A DNA stretch of 64,000 nucleotides from Thermoplasmatales archaeon (GTDB lineage: Archaea; Thermoplasmatota; Thermoplasmata; Thermoplasmatales; Thermoplasmataceae), in NCBI GenBank assembly GCA_027310185.1, contig DAIDBH010000018.1, forward strand, positions 64,001 through 128,000, given 5' to 3'. This document shows, piece after piece, positions 40,135 to 50,876 of the stretch; position 1 is the stretch's first letter, and the number at the start of each line of letters is the position of its first letter. The translations under genes were made by a program, and so were the position numbers. The notes beneath the pieces were generated by a model, which did not search any database, was not told where the DNA came from, and saw nothing but the letters and a program-made list of their open reading frames with translations.

Positions 40135-41292
40135 TCACTGTCTCTTATCAATTGGTATATATTCAACATCCAGCTTGCCAACATAGTTGTCCAGCGGCCT
40201 GAAAAGCCTGTTGTTTTCCCAGTATTCAAAGAGATGTGCGGTCCATCCAGCCATTCTTGATGCTGCAAATATTGGGGTGAATAGATCGGGTGGGATGTCC
40301 ATCGCAGTGTAAAGTGGACCGGAAAAGAAGTCTATATTTGGCCATATTCCCTTGGTCTTGCTCAGTTTTTCTTCCATCAGCTTCTCAGCTCTTATTGCAA
40401 TTTCAAGCAATTTTTCTATCTGTGGGTCAGTCGTGGTCTTCATGAAAGACTGAAGATATTTATAGACAACTTTTGCCCTTGGGTCATATGCCTTGTATAC
40501 CCTGTGCCCAAAACCCATAATCCTCTGTTTTCCAGCTAGTGCATCCTCTATGTATTTTTCTGTGTTATCGGGTTCTCCTATGGCCTTCATCATGTTCAGT
40601 GCTGCCTCATCTGCACCTCCGTGGAGAGGTCCTCTGAGTGTTGCTATTCCCGCTACAACTGCTGCATAAGTATCTGCCAGTGTTGATCCGGTAACGAGTG
40701 TGGAAAAGGTGGATGCATTACTGCCGTGTTCTGCATGGAGTATGAACATCAGATCAATCAGTTTTGCGGATTCTTTGTCAGGTCTTTTTCCTGTTAGCAT
40801 ATAGAGAAAATTGGATGAATGAGATAATGACCTGTCAGGGTCAATGAAACCCTTTCCTCTCATGGTCCTTCCAATCATCGCAATGATTGTTGGCAGCTTG
40901 GCAATGAGCTTCACTGCTCTTTCAAGATTAGCCTCCCTGCTCCTGTCGCTCATATCGTCATCGTATGTTGACAGGGCTGAAACACATGTTCTCAGGACAT
41001 CATTTGGATGAGCCTTACCGGAATACATCTTTATGATCTCCTTGATTTCACTGGAAACCTCTCTTTCATCTTTCAGTCTAGCATCAAAAACATCCATTTC
41101 ATGCCTGTTTGGAAGGTGCCCGTAGAGAAGGAGAAAAGCAACCTCCTCATAATTTGACTTATCTGCCAGAACCTCTATTGGATACCCTCTGTACCACAAT
41201 TTCCCATTTGTTCCATCAATCTTGCACAGTGTTGTATCAGCAATAAAAATACCTTCGAGTCCCTTGCTGATTGTAACTTTTTCGTCTGTCAT
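40135..41292 (-). CDS. Citrate synthase (or 2-methylcitrate synthase)
   Basis: HAEH, GPLHGGA, MGFGHRVY, DPRA, NIDF. Confidence 0.94.
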   Translation of the reverse strand: MTDEKVTISKGLEGIFIADTTLCKIDGTNGKLWYRGYPIEVLADKSNYEEVAFLLLYGHLPNRHEMDVFDARLKDEREVSSEIKEIIKMYSGKAHPNDVLRTCVSALSTYDDDMSDRSREANLERAVKLIAKLPTIIAMIGRTMRGKGFIDPDRSLSHSSNFLYMLTGKRPDKESAKLIDLMFILHAEHGSNASTFSTLVTGSTLADTYAAVVAGIATLRGPLHGGADEAALNMMKAIGEPDNTEKYIEDALAGKQRIMGFGHRVYKAYDPRAKVVYKYLQSFMKTTTDPQIEKLLEIAIRAEKLMEEKLSKTKGIWPNIDFFSGPLYTAMDIPPDLFTPIFAASRMAGWTAHLFEYWENNRLFRPLDNYVGKLDVEYIPIDKRQ

Positions 41293-41393
41293 ATCCCTAT
41301 ATATCAAAAATATACTTATTTGTTTGTCAGGGTTTAATACTCAACATAGGTCAGGTTATAAAAAATTAGGGTTGAATGTATATCACTCTATCT

Positions 41394-41972
41394 TCATCTC
41401 CAGAGATTCAAAAGTTCATCCTTTGCAATTACATTGAACATCAGTTCCATATTTTGCAGTGATCTTTCATGAGCTTCCTTGTTTCCGGAAGAAACTGCAT
41501 CCTTGACAACTACATTGTAGAAACCCCTGTTTGAACCATCCCTCACGCTTGATTCCACACCGATCTCCGTCGCTATACCAGTGAAAATAAGGGTTTCTAT
41601 TCCTGCATTCCTCATCATCATCTCAAAATTTGTTCCTATGAATATGCTTGCAGTATTCTTGTTAAGTACAGTATCAGATTCTCCAGGAGCAATACTAAGT
41701 TCAAACATGCTTTTGTCCATGTCCCTTGGAAACCTCCTTCCAGCTAGTCTTGGGGCAGACTCAAATTTCTCTGGAAGTGGGGTTATCTTTGTGAAGATTA
41801 CCGGTATAGCCAGTTCGTGTGCCCTTTTTATTAGTTCGTTGTTATTTTTCATGAATTCATCTTTGTTGAATATTCTTCCAACAAGCATATTCTGCACATC
41901 CCATATTATAAGGGCTGAATGCTCAGGTTTCACTATATCTTTGATTTCTGTATATATTCCCGTTTTACTCAT
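41394..41972 (-). CDS. Isochorismatase-family hydrolase
   Basis: WDVQN, K..ASIF, TGIATEIGV (Gly at the usual Cys position). Confidence 0.87.
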   Translation of the reverse strand: MSKTGIYTEIKDIVKPEHSALIIWDVQNMLVGRIFNKDEFMKNNNELIKRAHELAIPVIFTKITPLPEKFESAPRLAGRRFPRDMDKSMFELSIAPGESDTVLNKNTASIFIGTNFEMMMRNAGIETLIFTGIATEIGVESSVRDGSNRGFYNVVVKDAVSSGNKEAHERSLQNMELMFNVIAKDELLNLWR

Positions 41973-42122
41973 ACTTTCGTATGCATAAATTATATTTACT
42001 TTTTACCTGTTTTCTTAACTCCAGAGCAAATTATAGACACAAATCACAATCAACTGCAATGAACTGTTCCGGGAATTGCACAGTTCAGTAAAGATTAATT
42101 GCTCTCCTATACTACAGTGATT

Positions 42123-44231
42123 ATGGGTATTGTTTCAGAAGGGAAGCCTTATCCCCTCGGATCAATTCTTACAAATGATGGAGCAAATTTTGCAATTTAT
42201 TCTGAAGAGGCCGATTCAATCGAACTGGCACTTTTTAAGCCTTCTGACCTGAAGTCTCCCAATGAAACCATACAGATGAAGGAAGTTGATGCGCATGTCT
42301 GGCACTGTGAAGTTTCCGGTATCAAGGAAGGACAGCTGTATGGTTACTACGTTGATGGTCCGTTCGATCCCACTCAGGGTCTCAGATTCAACAAGAACAA
42401 GCTGCTGATAGATCCTTATTCCAAGTCGCTGAACTCCAGAATAAACTGGGATGATAGCATATTCCCATATGACATCATGTATGGATCAACTGTTAACAAT
42501 GAGGATGACACGGAATTCATGCCAAAGTCAAGGGTTGTCAATGATTTGTACGACTGGCAGGATGTAAGAAAGCCGGAGAGGAGATGGAATGACACAATAA
42601 TTTATGAAACACATGTAAAAAGTATCACGCAGATGAGGGAAGATTTGGATAAGAATATCAGGGGTACATATTCAGCACTTGGTTCCTCGAAGGTGGTCAA
42701 CTATCTTAAAGACCTTGGAATAACTGCAGTTGAACTTATGCCGGTACATCAGCATGTGGATGACAAGATCCTGGTGGATAGGGGGCTGACAAACTACTGG
42801 GGTTACAATACCATAGCATACTTTGCTCCTGACCTGAGATATTCCGCGACCCAGGACAATCAGATAAAGGAATTCAAGGACATGGTCTTCAATCTCCACT
42901 CAAATGGCATAGAAGTAATACTCGATGTAGTTTACAATCACACAGCTGAGGGAAACCATATGGGTCCGCTGCTTTCATTCAGGGGAATTGATAACAGGAC
43001 ATACTATTTTCTTGATCCATCGAACCCATCTAACTACGTTGATTTTACCGGAACCGGAAATAGCCTGAACGTAAGCAATCCCCAGGTTCTGCAGATGATC
43101 ATGGATAGTTTGAGATACTGGGCAATAGAGATGCAGATCGATGGGTTCAGGTTTGATCTTGCCTCAACGCTTGCAAGGAACCTTTACAGCATAAACATGC
43201 TTTCCCCGTTCATGAACGTTATCCATCAGGACCCGGTTCTTTCAAGGCTGAAGCTAATCGCTGAGCCGTGGGATATAGGACCGGGTGGATATCAGGTGGG
43301 AAATTTTCCTCCAAAGTGGAGTGAATGGAATGGGAAATACAGGGATTCCTTAAGAAAGTACTGGAGGGGAGATGATGGAATGACAGGGGAATTTGCTACA
43401 AGAATTTCAGGCTCCCCTGACCTTTATGATGATGGAGGAAAGAGGCCACATTCCAGCATAAATTTTGTAACCTGCCACGATGGTTTCACTCTCATGGACC
43501 TGGTTTCATACAAAACCAAGCATAATGAGGCCAACACAGAAGGATTTGAAGGTGGAGTCGATGAAAATTACAGCTTCAATAACGGTGTAGAGGGAAAAAC
43601 TGATGATAAGAAAATTCTGGGACTGAGGTACAGGAGCATCAAGAATCTCCTGCTCTCGCTTTTTGTGTCACAGGGTACTCCAATGATCCTTGGTGGAGAT
43701 GAAATAGGAAGAACACAGCAGGGAAACAATAACGCATATTGTCAGGATAATGAAATCAGCTGGTACGACTGGAATCTTGATGAGGACAAGCAGAATCTTT
43801 ACAAGTTCGTTAAGAAGGCAATAGCTTTAAGGCGTTCTAACCCGGTTCTTGCCAGGAAGAACTTTTTCAGGGGTGATCTCGTAGCTGGAACAGAAATGAA
43901 GGATGTTGTGTGGCTGGATAAAAATCTCGAGGAACTTAAAATGGAAGACTGGACAAATCCATCCATGAAGCATCTTATGGCATGGATAAACGGTGGGTAT
44001 ACAAGTGAGGTCGAATATTCATACAGGAAGATCACAGGTGGTGATCTTTTGCTACTGTTCAATTCATCTGATATTGATATCATGTTCAAGCTTCCAAACG
44101 ACACCAAGAAATGGGAACTCTACCTGGATACGAATGTTCTAAACATGGATACACTTCCAATCAGGCTGGATTCACCCCAATATCTTCTCAAGGCTAGGGG
44201 TTCAGCCATTTTACGGGAGATAATCAAGTAA
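42123..44231 (+). CDS. treX: Glycogen debranching enzyme (GH13, TreX/GlgX)
   Basis: NYWGY, DVVYNH, GFRFDL, AEPWD, HDGF, GNNNAYCQD. Confidence 0.94.
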   Translation: MGIVSEGKPYPLGSILTNDGANFAIYSEEADSIELALFKPSDLKSPNETIQMKEVDAHVWHCEVSGIKEGQLYGYYVDGPFDPTQGLRFNKNKLLIDPYSKSLNSRINWDDSIFPYDIMYGSTVNNEDDTEFMPKSRVVNDLYDWQDVRKPERRWNDTIIYETHVKSITQMREDLDKNIRGTYSALGSSKVVNYLKDLGITAVELMPVHQHVDDKILVDRGLTNYWGYNTIAYFAPDLRYSATQDNQIKEFKDMVFNLHSNGIEVILDVVYNHTAEGNHMGPLLSFRGIDNRTYYFLDPSNPSNYVDFTGTGNSLNVSNPQVLQMIMDSLRYWAIEMQIDGFRFDLASTLARNLYSINMLSPFMNVIHQDPVLSRLKLIAEPWDIGPGGYQVGNFPPKWSEWNGKYRDSLRKYWRGDDGMTGEFATRISGSPDLYDDGGKRPHSSINFVTCHDGFTLMDLVSYKTKHNEANTEGFEGGVDENYSFNNGVEGKTDDKKILGLRYRSIKNLLLSLFVSQGTPMILGGDEIGRTQQGNNNAYCQDNEISWYDWNLDEDKQNLYKFVKKAIALRRSNPVLARKNFFRGDLVAGTEMKDVVWLDKNLEELKMEDWTNPSMKHLMAWINGGYTSEVEYSYRKITGGDLLLLFNSSDIDIMFKLPNDTKKWELYLDTNVLNMDTLPIRLDSPQYLLKARGSAILREIIK

Positions 44232-44238
44232 AACAGGG

Positions 44239-44634
44239 TCAGTTCATGACTCCATTATTCAGTCTATTAAGCAACGAGAAGAATGACTGGACTTTACCGT
44301 TATGTCTCTTCCTAGAGATAACTGAATAAAATTTATCACCTATTCCTGATATATGCAGCAGGAACATCATAGGTTCAAGAGGAAATAGAATCTTAACGGT
44401 CTTTGTAAGAGTAAAAATTGCGTCAAATCCTATCTCTGTCTTCCCGTTTCCTATTTTCATGACCAATCCATCTGAGCCGTCAAAGGGAGTGCCATTCAAT
44501 GGTATCTTCCTGAAATTATTTCCTCTAATCAGGGTTGAAGAGAATTTACAAAGCTCGCATCTATCATCATAAAAAATGTTTACTGTATCAGCTTCTGGCA
44601 ATACTGAGTTCTGTCCTTTTTCATATACTTTCAT
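44239..44634 (-). CDS. DCC1-like thiol-disulfide oxidoreductase
   Basis: YDDRCELC (DxxCxxC). Confidence 0.8.
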   Translation of the reverse strand: MKVYEKGQNSVLPEADTVNIFYDDRCELCKFSSTLIRGNNFRKIPLNGTPFDGSDGLVMKIGNGKTEIGFDAIFTLTKTVKILFPLEPMMFLLHISGIGDKFYSVISRKRHNGKVQSFFSLLNRLNNGVMN

Positions 44635-44640
44635 TCACAT

Positions 44641-44811
44641 CTACTTCATTTCCCTTGGCTTGGGAATGGTATAATCACCCTTATCGCCACTGTAATAGTT
44701 GAAATTTGCACCACATCTGGGACAGTTATACCTTGTTACCATGTATGAGTTGAAAGTCCATTGCTTATTTTCCCTTATTCCCTCTGTATTTCCACATACC
44801 GGGCATTTCAT
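44641..44811 (-). CDS. Small zinc-ribbon protein (56 aa, absent from ORF track)
   Basis: MKCPVCGNTEGIRENKQWTFNSYMVTRYNCPRCGANFNYYSGDKGDYTIPKPREMK. Confidence 0.8.
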   Translation of the reverse strand: MKCPVCGNTEGIRENKQWTFNSYMVTRYNCPRCGANFNYYSGDKGDYTIPKPREMK

Positions 44812-44974
44812 GAATTAACATGTAATACTTCCTTAAAGTTTTTGCCAGAATTTGGAGAAAACAGAATTTTAGAAATTGCATAAAATTCCATGACAATATA
44901 CTTTTAGGATAGATCTATCCACCGGGCGGTAAAATTTAAAATTGCAGTCTTCCATTACACATCTGGTAAGCGTA

Positions 44975-45400
44975 TTGGAAAACTGTGTATTTTGCAGCAA
45001 TGTTGTAACAGGGAAGGATGCCCACATATTTTACAGGACCGATACAGTCATAGGATTCATGGATAAATTCCCTGTGGAGGAAGGACATGTACTCATCATA
45101 CCTAGCAAACATTATGAAAACATATTCGACATCGAAAATGAGGTATATCTGGAAATCCAGAAAGCTGCTAAACAGGTAGCTTCAGCACTGAGGGATGTAT
45201 TCAATGCAGACGGAATAAACATTGGGCAGAACAATGGGGAGTGTGCTAGACAGATGGTGATGCACTACCATCTTCACATAATTCCTAGGCACTGTGGAAG
45301 GGAAATTGGATGGAACAGATTGAAACAGTCAGAGGAAGAGCTGGAATATGATTGCAGAAGAATAGAAAAGAGATTAAATGAGATTAATAATATAGATTAA
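44975..45400 (+). CDS. HIT family nucleotide hydrolase
   Basis: [20 protein letters not shown]. Confidence 0.93.
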   Translation: MENCVFCSNVVTGKDAHIFYRTDTVIGFMDKFPVEEGHVLIIPSKHYENIFDIENEVYLEIQKAAKQVASALRDVFNADGINIGQNNGECARQMVMHYHLHIIPRHCGREIGWNRLKQSEEELEYDCRRIEKRLNEINNID

Positions 45401-45425
45401 CATAATAGGATGGGAGGAAATTAAA

Positions 45426-46022
45426 ATGTACAGCTTGGATGAATTATACAACAAGGCGCTCCAATTAAAGAATAAAGGAATGTCAGATAAAGAGATTTCC
45501 ACGGAATTACATCTCTCAGTGAATACTGTCACATGGCTGCTTGCCAGAGACTTCACAAAGCAGAAGAATGTTCAGGATGTGAAGATTGGATGGAGAAGTG
45601 TTGGTGTCTATGGGAACAGGATTGCCAATCTCTCACAGATTATGCTGGATATAATCGAGGAGGAATCCAGTGATGGAGATTACGAGCCTGATTCCATACT
45701 GGGCATAACAGTCAACGGAATACCCTATGCAACCATGATTTCCTATTTCATGGACAGGGAACTGATCATATACAAACCACACCCTTCCAGAAAGGACGGC
45801 TATTTCAGCAGTAACTTTGCATCCGTCAAGGGTAAGAAAATAGTTGTAATTGATGATGTGTGCAGTACTGGGGAAACACTCAGGAGAACAATAAAGGACA
45901 TTAGAGAGGAAGGCGGAGAAGTGAAACTTGCCATAGTCATCGCATCTAAAATGCAGGAAGATGAAATTGATGGCGTAAGACTGAGGTCATTATTCAGGGC
46001 ATCCCTGATCGGAAAAGAATGA
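45426..46022 (+). CDS. HTH plus PRT-domain protein (PyrE-like/GfcR-type regulator)
   Basis: N-terminal HTH ([14 protein letters not shown]), [12 protein letters not shown]. Confidence 0.85.
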   Translation: MYSLDELYNKALQLKNKGMSDKEISTELHLSVNTVTWLLARDFTKQKNVQDVKIGWRSVGVYGNRIANLSQIMLDIIEEESSDGDYEPDSILGITVNGIPYATMISYFMDRELIIYKPHPSRKDGYFSSNFASVKGKKIVVIDDVCSTGETLRRTIKDIREEGGEVKLAIVIASKMQEDEIDGVRLRSLFRASLIGKE

Positions 46023-46027
46023 TTTAA

Positions 46028-47530
46028 ATGTACTGGGGACAATCATTAATACACGAATTGAAAGGAAAGCAGAAAGTTTCTACCGGGATATCTCCATCCG
46101 GTCCAATTCATCTGGGAAATCTCAGGGAAATCCTGACAGGGGACATAATATACAAGAGCCTGCTGATGGATGGAAAGGAATCTGAATTCATATATCTTGC
46201 GGATGATATCGATCCTCTGAGAAAAGTATACCCGTTCCTGCCCGAATCATACAGGGAACATGTTGGAAAACCCCTTAGGGATATACCTGCTCCAAGCGGA
46301 GAGGGTACTTATTCAGAATATTACCTCAACCCATTCCTGAAAGCTCTGAAGTCTCTGGATGTCAGGCCTCAGGTCATAAAAACAGGAGAACTTTACAGGG
46401 ATGGGAAATTTGGAGAAACCATAGAAAGGGTAATAGAGAAGAAGGATGAGATAAGGAAAATACTGGAGACTGTATCTGGAAGGGAGCTCGAAGAGGGGTG
46501 GTTCCCGTACAATCCAAAGTGTTCAGCTTGCGGAAGGATCAATTCAACTACTGTGACAGGCTACAGCAACGGTAAAGTCTCATATAGCTGCAAATGTGGA
46601 AACAATGGTGAAAGTGATATATATCGCGACGATGGCAAGCTTCCATGGAGGATTGAATGGCCAGCCAAGTGGAAAATTCTCAATGTGACCATAGAACCCT
46701 TCGGTAAGGATCATGGAACAGTGGGCGGATCCTATGATACAGGAAAGGAAATCGTTGAAAAGATTTTTGACTACCCTGCGCCACTGCCGCTCATTTATGA
46801 AAGAATACTTCTCAAGGGAAAGGGAGCAATGCATTCATCCACAGGAGTTAATATACCTGCCCAGGAAATACTAAGTTTTGCACCACCAGAGATAGTGAGG
46901 TATATAATGGCAAGAGTTCCGGCAACCAGGCATATAGAGTTTGATCCATCACTCGGATTCCTTTCAACAATGGATGAATTCGAGCGCCTTATGAAAATGG
47001 AGCAGGAGAAAAAGACAACTGAGGAACAGCACTGGATCGCAACACTATCAAAGGCAGGGCGATCCTATGAAACGGTTCCTGATTACAGGCACCTGACAAC
47101 ACTGGTGCAGATATACAGCTCAGAGGAGAGAATAAGGGAGATAATGATATCGGAGGGAAAGGAACAGGATCCTGCTATACTGAAGGAAACAATAGACATG
47201 GCAAGAATCTGGGTCCATAATTATGCTCCTGAATCATCAAAATTCTCCCTGAAGAACACAGAAGACCCGGTAAACATCACCGAAGATGAAAGAAGAATGC
47301 TCTGCGTATTCAACACTAAGCTTCGTTCTATGGATTCATGGGAGCCAGAAAAGATCCACGAATGTGCTAGAGAATCCATCGGAGAATCAGGCATGCAGCC
47401 AGCAGATGGCTTCAAGGTTATTTACAGGGTGCTTATAGGCAATGAACGGGGACCGAGACTTGGGTTCTTTCTATCGGTGATACCGAGAGAAACAGTACTC
47501 GCAAGGTTCAAATCAATTTGTGGTGAATGA
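46028..47530 (+). CDS. lysS: Lysyl-tRNA synthetase, class I
   Basis: GISPSGPIHLGN, GKLPWRIEW, EPFGKDH, GPRLG. Confidence 0.96.
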   Translation: MYWGQSLIHELKGKQKVSTGISPSGPIHLGNLREILTGDIIYKSLLMDGKESEFIYLADDIDPLRKVYPFLPESYREHVGKPLRDIPAPSGEGTYSEYYLNPFLKALKSLDVRPQVIKTGELYRDGKFGETIERVIEKKDEIRKILETVSGRELEEGWFPYNPKCSACGRINSTTVTGYSNGKVSYSCKCGNNGESDIYRDDGKLPWRIEWPAKWKILNVTIEPFGKDHGTVGGSYDTGKEIVEKIFDYPAPLPLIYERILLKGKGAMHSSTGVNIPAQEILSFAPPEIVRYIMARVPATRHIEFDPSLGFLSTMDEFERLMKMEQEKKTTEEQHWIATLSKAGRSYETVPDYRHLTTLVQIYSSEERIREIMISEGKEQDPAILKETIDMARIWVHNYAPESSKFSLKNTEDPVNITEDERRMLCVFNTKLRSMDSWEPEKIHECARESIGESGMQPADGFKVIYRVLIGNERGPRLGFFLSVIPRETVLARFKSICGE

Positions 47531-47531
47531 T

Positions 47532-49643
47532 ATGACAGGAAAAATTGTGATCAACTGCGCCTTACCATATGCTAACAGTTCCATTCACATAGGCCATCTT
47601 GCAGGGGCATACCTGCCGGGAGATATATTTCACAGATTCATCAAGATATCTGGAAAGGACAGCATCTTCATCTGCGGTACTGATGAATATGGAACTCCCA
47701 TAGCACTCAAGGCGGAGAAAGAGAAAAAGACCCCAGAAGAGATAGTCAACAAATATTACAGCGAGTTCAAGGAAACATTCAGTAATGTAGATATAAAATT
47801 CGATTATTTCGGAAGGACAACGAGCAAGACTCATGAAACGTTCGTACAGGACTTCTTCGAAGACCTGGAAAAGAAAGGATATCTGGAAAGGAGGATGATG
47901 GAATCTGCATACTGTCCAAGGGAGAAGAGGTTCCTCCCAGACAGGTATGTCAACGGAAAATGCCCAAGGTGCGGTTATGAGTTTGCCAGAGGTGATCAAT
48001 GTGATGAATGCGGCAGGACAAATGATCCCAAGGATCTCATAAATCCTACATGCGCCATTTGTGGTGGGCCAGCTGAATTCAGGGAAACAGCACACATATT
48101 CTTCAAGATATCAGAGTTTTCAGATTTTCTCAGGGAATGGCTGGAATCCAAGAAGGAGTGGAGGTCAAATGTAACATCGTTCCCACTAAATATCATTGAA
48201 AGCGGCCTCAGGGACAGAGCCATAACCAGGGATATGGAATGGGGTGTAAAGCTCAAGGAAAAAGATATGGAAGGAAAGAGGATTTATGTCTGGTTTGAGG
48301 CGTTGCTGGGATATATTTCCAATGCCATGGAATATTCCGAACTTACTGGAAATAATGAATTATGGAGGGAATATTACGATGATGGAGAAACATATTACTT
48401 CCTCGGAAAGGATAATATATTCTTCCATACCATATTCCTTCCAGCAATGCACAGGGCTTCGGGAAAATATCCGCTCCCATACAGGGTTACAGGTAACGAA
48501 TACCTGAGGTTCAAGGGACAGAAATTTTCAAAATCACGAGGCATTGGATTTACGGTAAATGATGTCCTGCAGATAGTGGACAAGGATTCTTTGAGATATT
48601 ACATATCATCTATCCTCCCGGAAACATCTGACTCTGACTTCTCACTTGAGGAAATGAAGGAAAAGGTAAATTCAGAACTGAGTGGTAAGTATGGAAACCT
48701 CGTAAACAGGGTGGTAACATTCGCCAGGAACAAAAATGTTCTTCCAATTAAGGGAGAGTCAGATCATTCAGATATTGAGCTAATAGTACAGATGGATAAA
48801 TTCAGGGAAGATTACAGTGAACTGATGGGAAAGATTGAATTCAGGAAGGCACTAAGTCTGTGGCTGGAAAACGTGAAGGTCGTGAACACATATTTCAATG
48901 ATTCAAAACCATGGGATCTGGTAAAAACAGATAAGAAGCTAACTGAATCAAAACTATGGCATACACTAAAAGCAGTTGAATATCTCACTCTTGCCATATA
49001 CCCCTTTGTCCCATCAGGAGCAGACAGGGCATGGTCTTCAATACACGGGACATCTATTGAAAACGTATCTCTGTCGCATCTCGCGGAGACATGTGAGTTC
49101 AAACCTTCTGAAAGCGCAATCATATTCAAGAAACTTGAGATTGAAGAAGAACCTGAAAACCAGCTCAATCTTGTTGTTGGCAGGATTGTATTTGCAGAAT
49201 TTCATCCAAATGCAGATTCACTGTTACATCTGAGGGTAAGCCTTGGAGATCACGAAATAGATCTTGTTGCAGGAATAAGAAATTATTATACACTTGAAGA
49301 ACTGAAAGATAAGAAGATAATAGTAGTGGAAAACCTGAAGCATGCTAAAATAAGGGGAATAGAATCACAGGGAATGCTACTGGCAGCTCAGGATTCAAAG
49401 GGTGCACATCTATTGACAACAGATGAACCTGAAGGAACATCAGTCAGGATTGGTGACATTGAATGTACCTCCGAAAAGAAAATTGATCTTGACATCCTGA
49501 AAACATATGAACTGAGGATGGACGATGTCAATGGGAAAATGGTCCCAACAGCCATGATCGGGCGAAACAGGCTGCATTTGATGGCTAACGGCAAGGATAT
49601 TCAGGTCGATGGAAAAGTGGAACAAAAATCCATTATTCGATAA
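47532..49643 (+). CDS. metG: Methionyl-tRNA synthetase
   Basis: HIGH, Zn knuckles, KFSKS, C-terminal tRNA-binding domain (GIESQGMLLAA). Confidence 0.97.
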   Translation: MTGKIVINCALPYANSSIHIGHLAGAYLPGDIFHRFIKISGKDSIFICGTDEYGTPIALKAEKEKKTPEEIVNKYYSEFKETFSNVDIKFDYFGRTTSKTHETFVQDFFEDLEKKGYLERRMMESAYCPREKRFLPDRYVNGKCPRCGYEFARGDQCDECGRTNDPKDLINPTCAICGGPAEFRETAHIFFKISEFSDFLREWLESKKEWRSNVTSFPLNIIESGLRDRAITRDMEWGVKLKEKDMEGKRIYVWFEALLGYISNAMEYSELTGNNELWREYYDDGETYYFLGKDNIFFHTIFLPAMHRASGKYPLPYRVTGNEYLRFKGQKFSKSRGIGFTVNDVLQIVDKDSLRYYISSILPETSDSDFSLEEMKEKVNSELSGKYGNLVNRVVTFARNKNVLPIKGESDHSDIELIVQMDKFREDYSELMGKIEFRKALSLWLENVKVVNTYFNDSKPWDLVKTDKKLTESKLWHTLKAVEYLTLAIYPFVPSGADRAWSSIHGTSIENVSLSHLAETCEFKPSESAIIFKKLEIEEEPENQLNLVVGRIVFAEFHPNADSLLHLRVSLGDHEIDLVAGIRNYYTLEELKDKKIIVVENLKHAKIRGIESQGMLLAAQDSKGAHLLTTDEPEGTSVRIGDIECTSEKKIDLDILKTYELRMDDVNGKMVPTAMIGRNRLHLMANGKDIQVDGKVEQKSIIR

Positions 49644-49648
49644 AAATA

Positions 49649-49813
49649 TTATTTTATTGTTATTGGTATAACATTGTTGTCATATTCCAGTATGGCTATG
49701 TCAACGGGATCAATCATGACCTTTGGGACGTCAATAATAACCGGGGCCCCCATTGATATCTGCAGGGATCTGGCACCTATAATTCTTGCTTTCTCAAATT
49801 TTGTGTGCTTCAT
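49649..49813 (-). CDS. rpoK: RNA polymerase subunit Rpo6/K (54 aa, absent from ORF track)
   Basis: MKHTKFEKARIIGARSLQISMGAP...IPITIK. Confidence 0.95.
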   Translation of the reverse strand: MKHTKFEKARIIGARSLQISMGAPVIIDVPKVMIDPVDIAILEYDNNVIPITIK

Positions 49814-49951
49814 ATAAACCAGTGTGCCATCAGGTAATTTAAATCCATATAATAGCTTTTGTCTTAAATAGATATTGTTTCAAGATTTCTGCCTTAGATG
49901 GTCAACTCATTCAAATAATAAAAACTATTAAGAAATTTCTCATTCAATTTC

Positions 49952-50647
49952 ATGGAACTGATCCGTCCAGCAAATACTTCCGACAGGGAGAGAATTAAGG
50001 ATATTGCCTCAAAAGCAGGCTATATAGACTACATAAGTGATAACATCGATAAAATGCTTAACGAAGGAGGACTCTATGTATACGAGGATGGAAATGTAAA
50101 AGGTTTCCTGCAGGCTGGGTTCAGGAATATCTGCTGGATAAGTGCCATAAGGGTCGATCCGGAATACAGGCGACACGGTGTTGCAGAGAAGCTGGTCAGG
50201 AAAATAGAAGAAATGGGAAGGGAAAGAAATTGCAGGAGTTATGGAGCACTGGTTGCAGAAGATAATATACCTTCCAGAACAATGTTCAGGAAACTCGGTT
50301 ATGAGGAGATGAATTACTATACGACTTTTATGTGTGAACCCTTAAATATGGTACAGATCGGGAATTATAACCTGAAAGAGGGCAATTATTTTCTTGATTG
50401 GGAAATATTTGATAGAAATGAACTGGTAAAGGGTTTTCCAGATCTCAGGTTCATGAAAGATTCCAAAGGGAATGAATATATCGAAAACTCAGGTACTTAC
50501 CAGATGATAAAGTTGGTATCGAATCCAGATTATTCTGATGGCGGTAGTTTTTTGTCTATAGATAAGAAATTGTTGAATGATGACATTCTTAATGATATGA
50601 GGGATACCAGTTCATGGACTTTTATATATTACGTGAAAAATGTCTGA
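49952..50647 (+). CDS. GNAT acetyltransferase
   Basis: RVDPEYRRHGVA, NIPSRTMFRKLGY. Confidence 0.87.
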   Translation: MELIRPANTSDRERIKDIASKAGYIDYISDNIDKMLNEGGLYVYEDGNVKGFLQAGFRNICWISAIRVDPEYRRHGVAEKLVRKIEEMGRERNCRSYGALVAEDNIPSRTMFRKLGYEEMNYYTTFMCEPLNMVQIGNYNLKEGNYFLDWEIFDRNELVKGFPDLRFMKDSKGNEYIENSGTYQMIKLVSNPDYSDGGSFLSIDKKLLNDDILNDMRDTSSWTFIYYVKNV

Positions 50648-50876
50648 TTTTTCTTTAATACTGTTACTTCAAATAATAGTACGAATGAAATATTCACTCA
50701 GAAGCAATAAAAGATAGAAAAAATATAAAACTTATTTATAAACGAAGTTTGAGCGTATTTTGCAATGATTTATGCATCAGGTCGTGGTATTATATATATG
50801 TATCTCAGTTTAATTTCGACTTCTTGAATTGATAAGTAAGCATAAAACTTATAACCATGTTATAGCATGCCATTTA

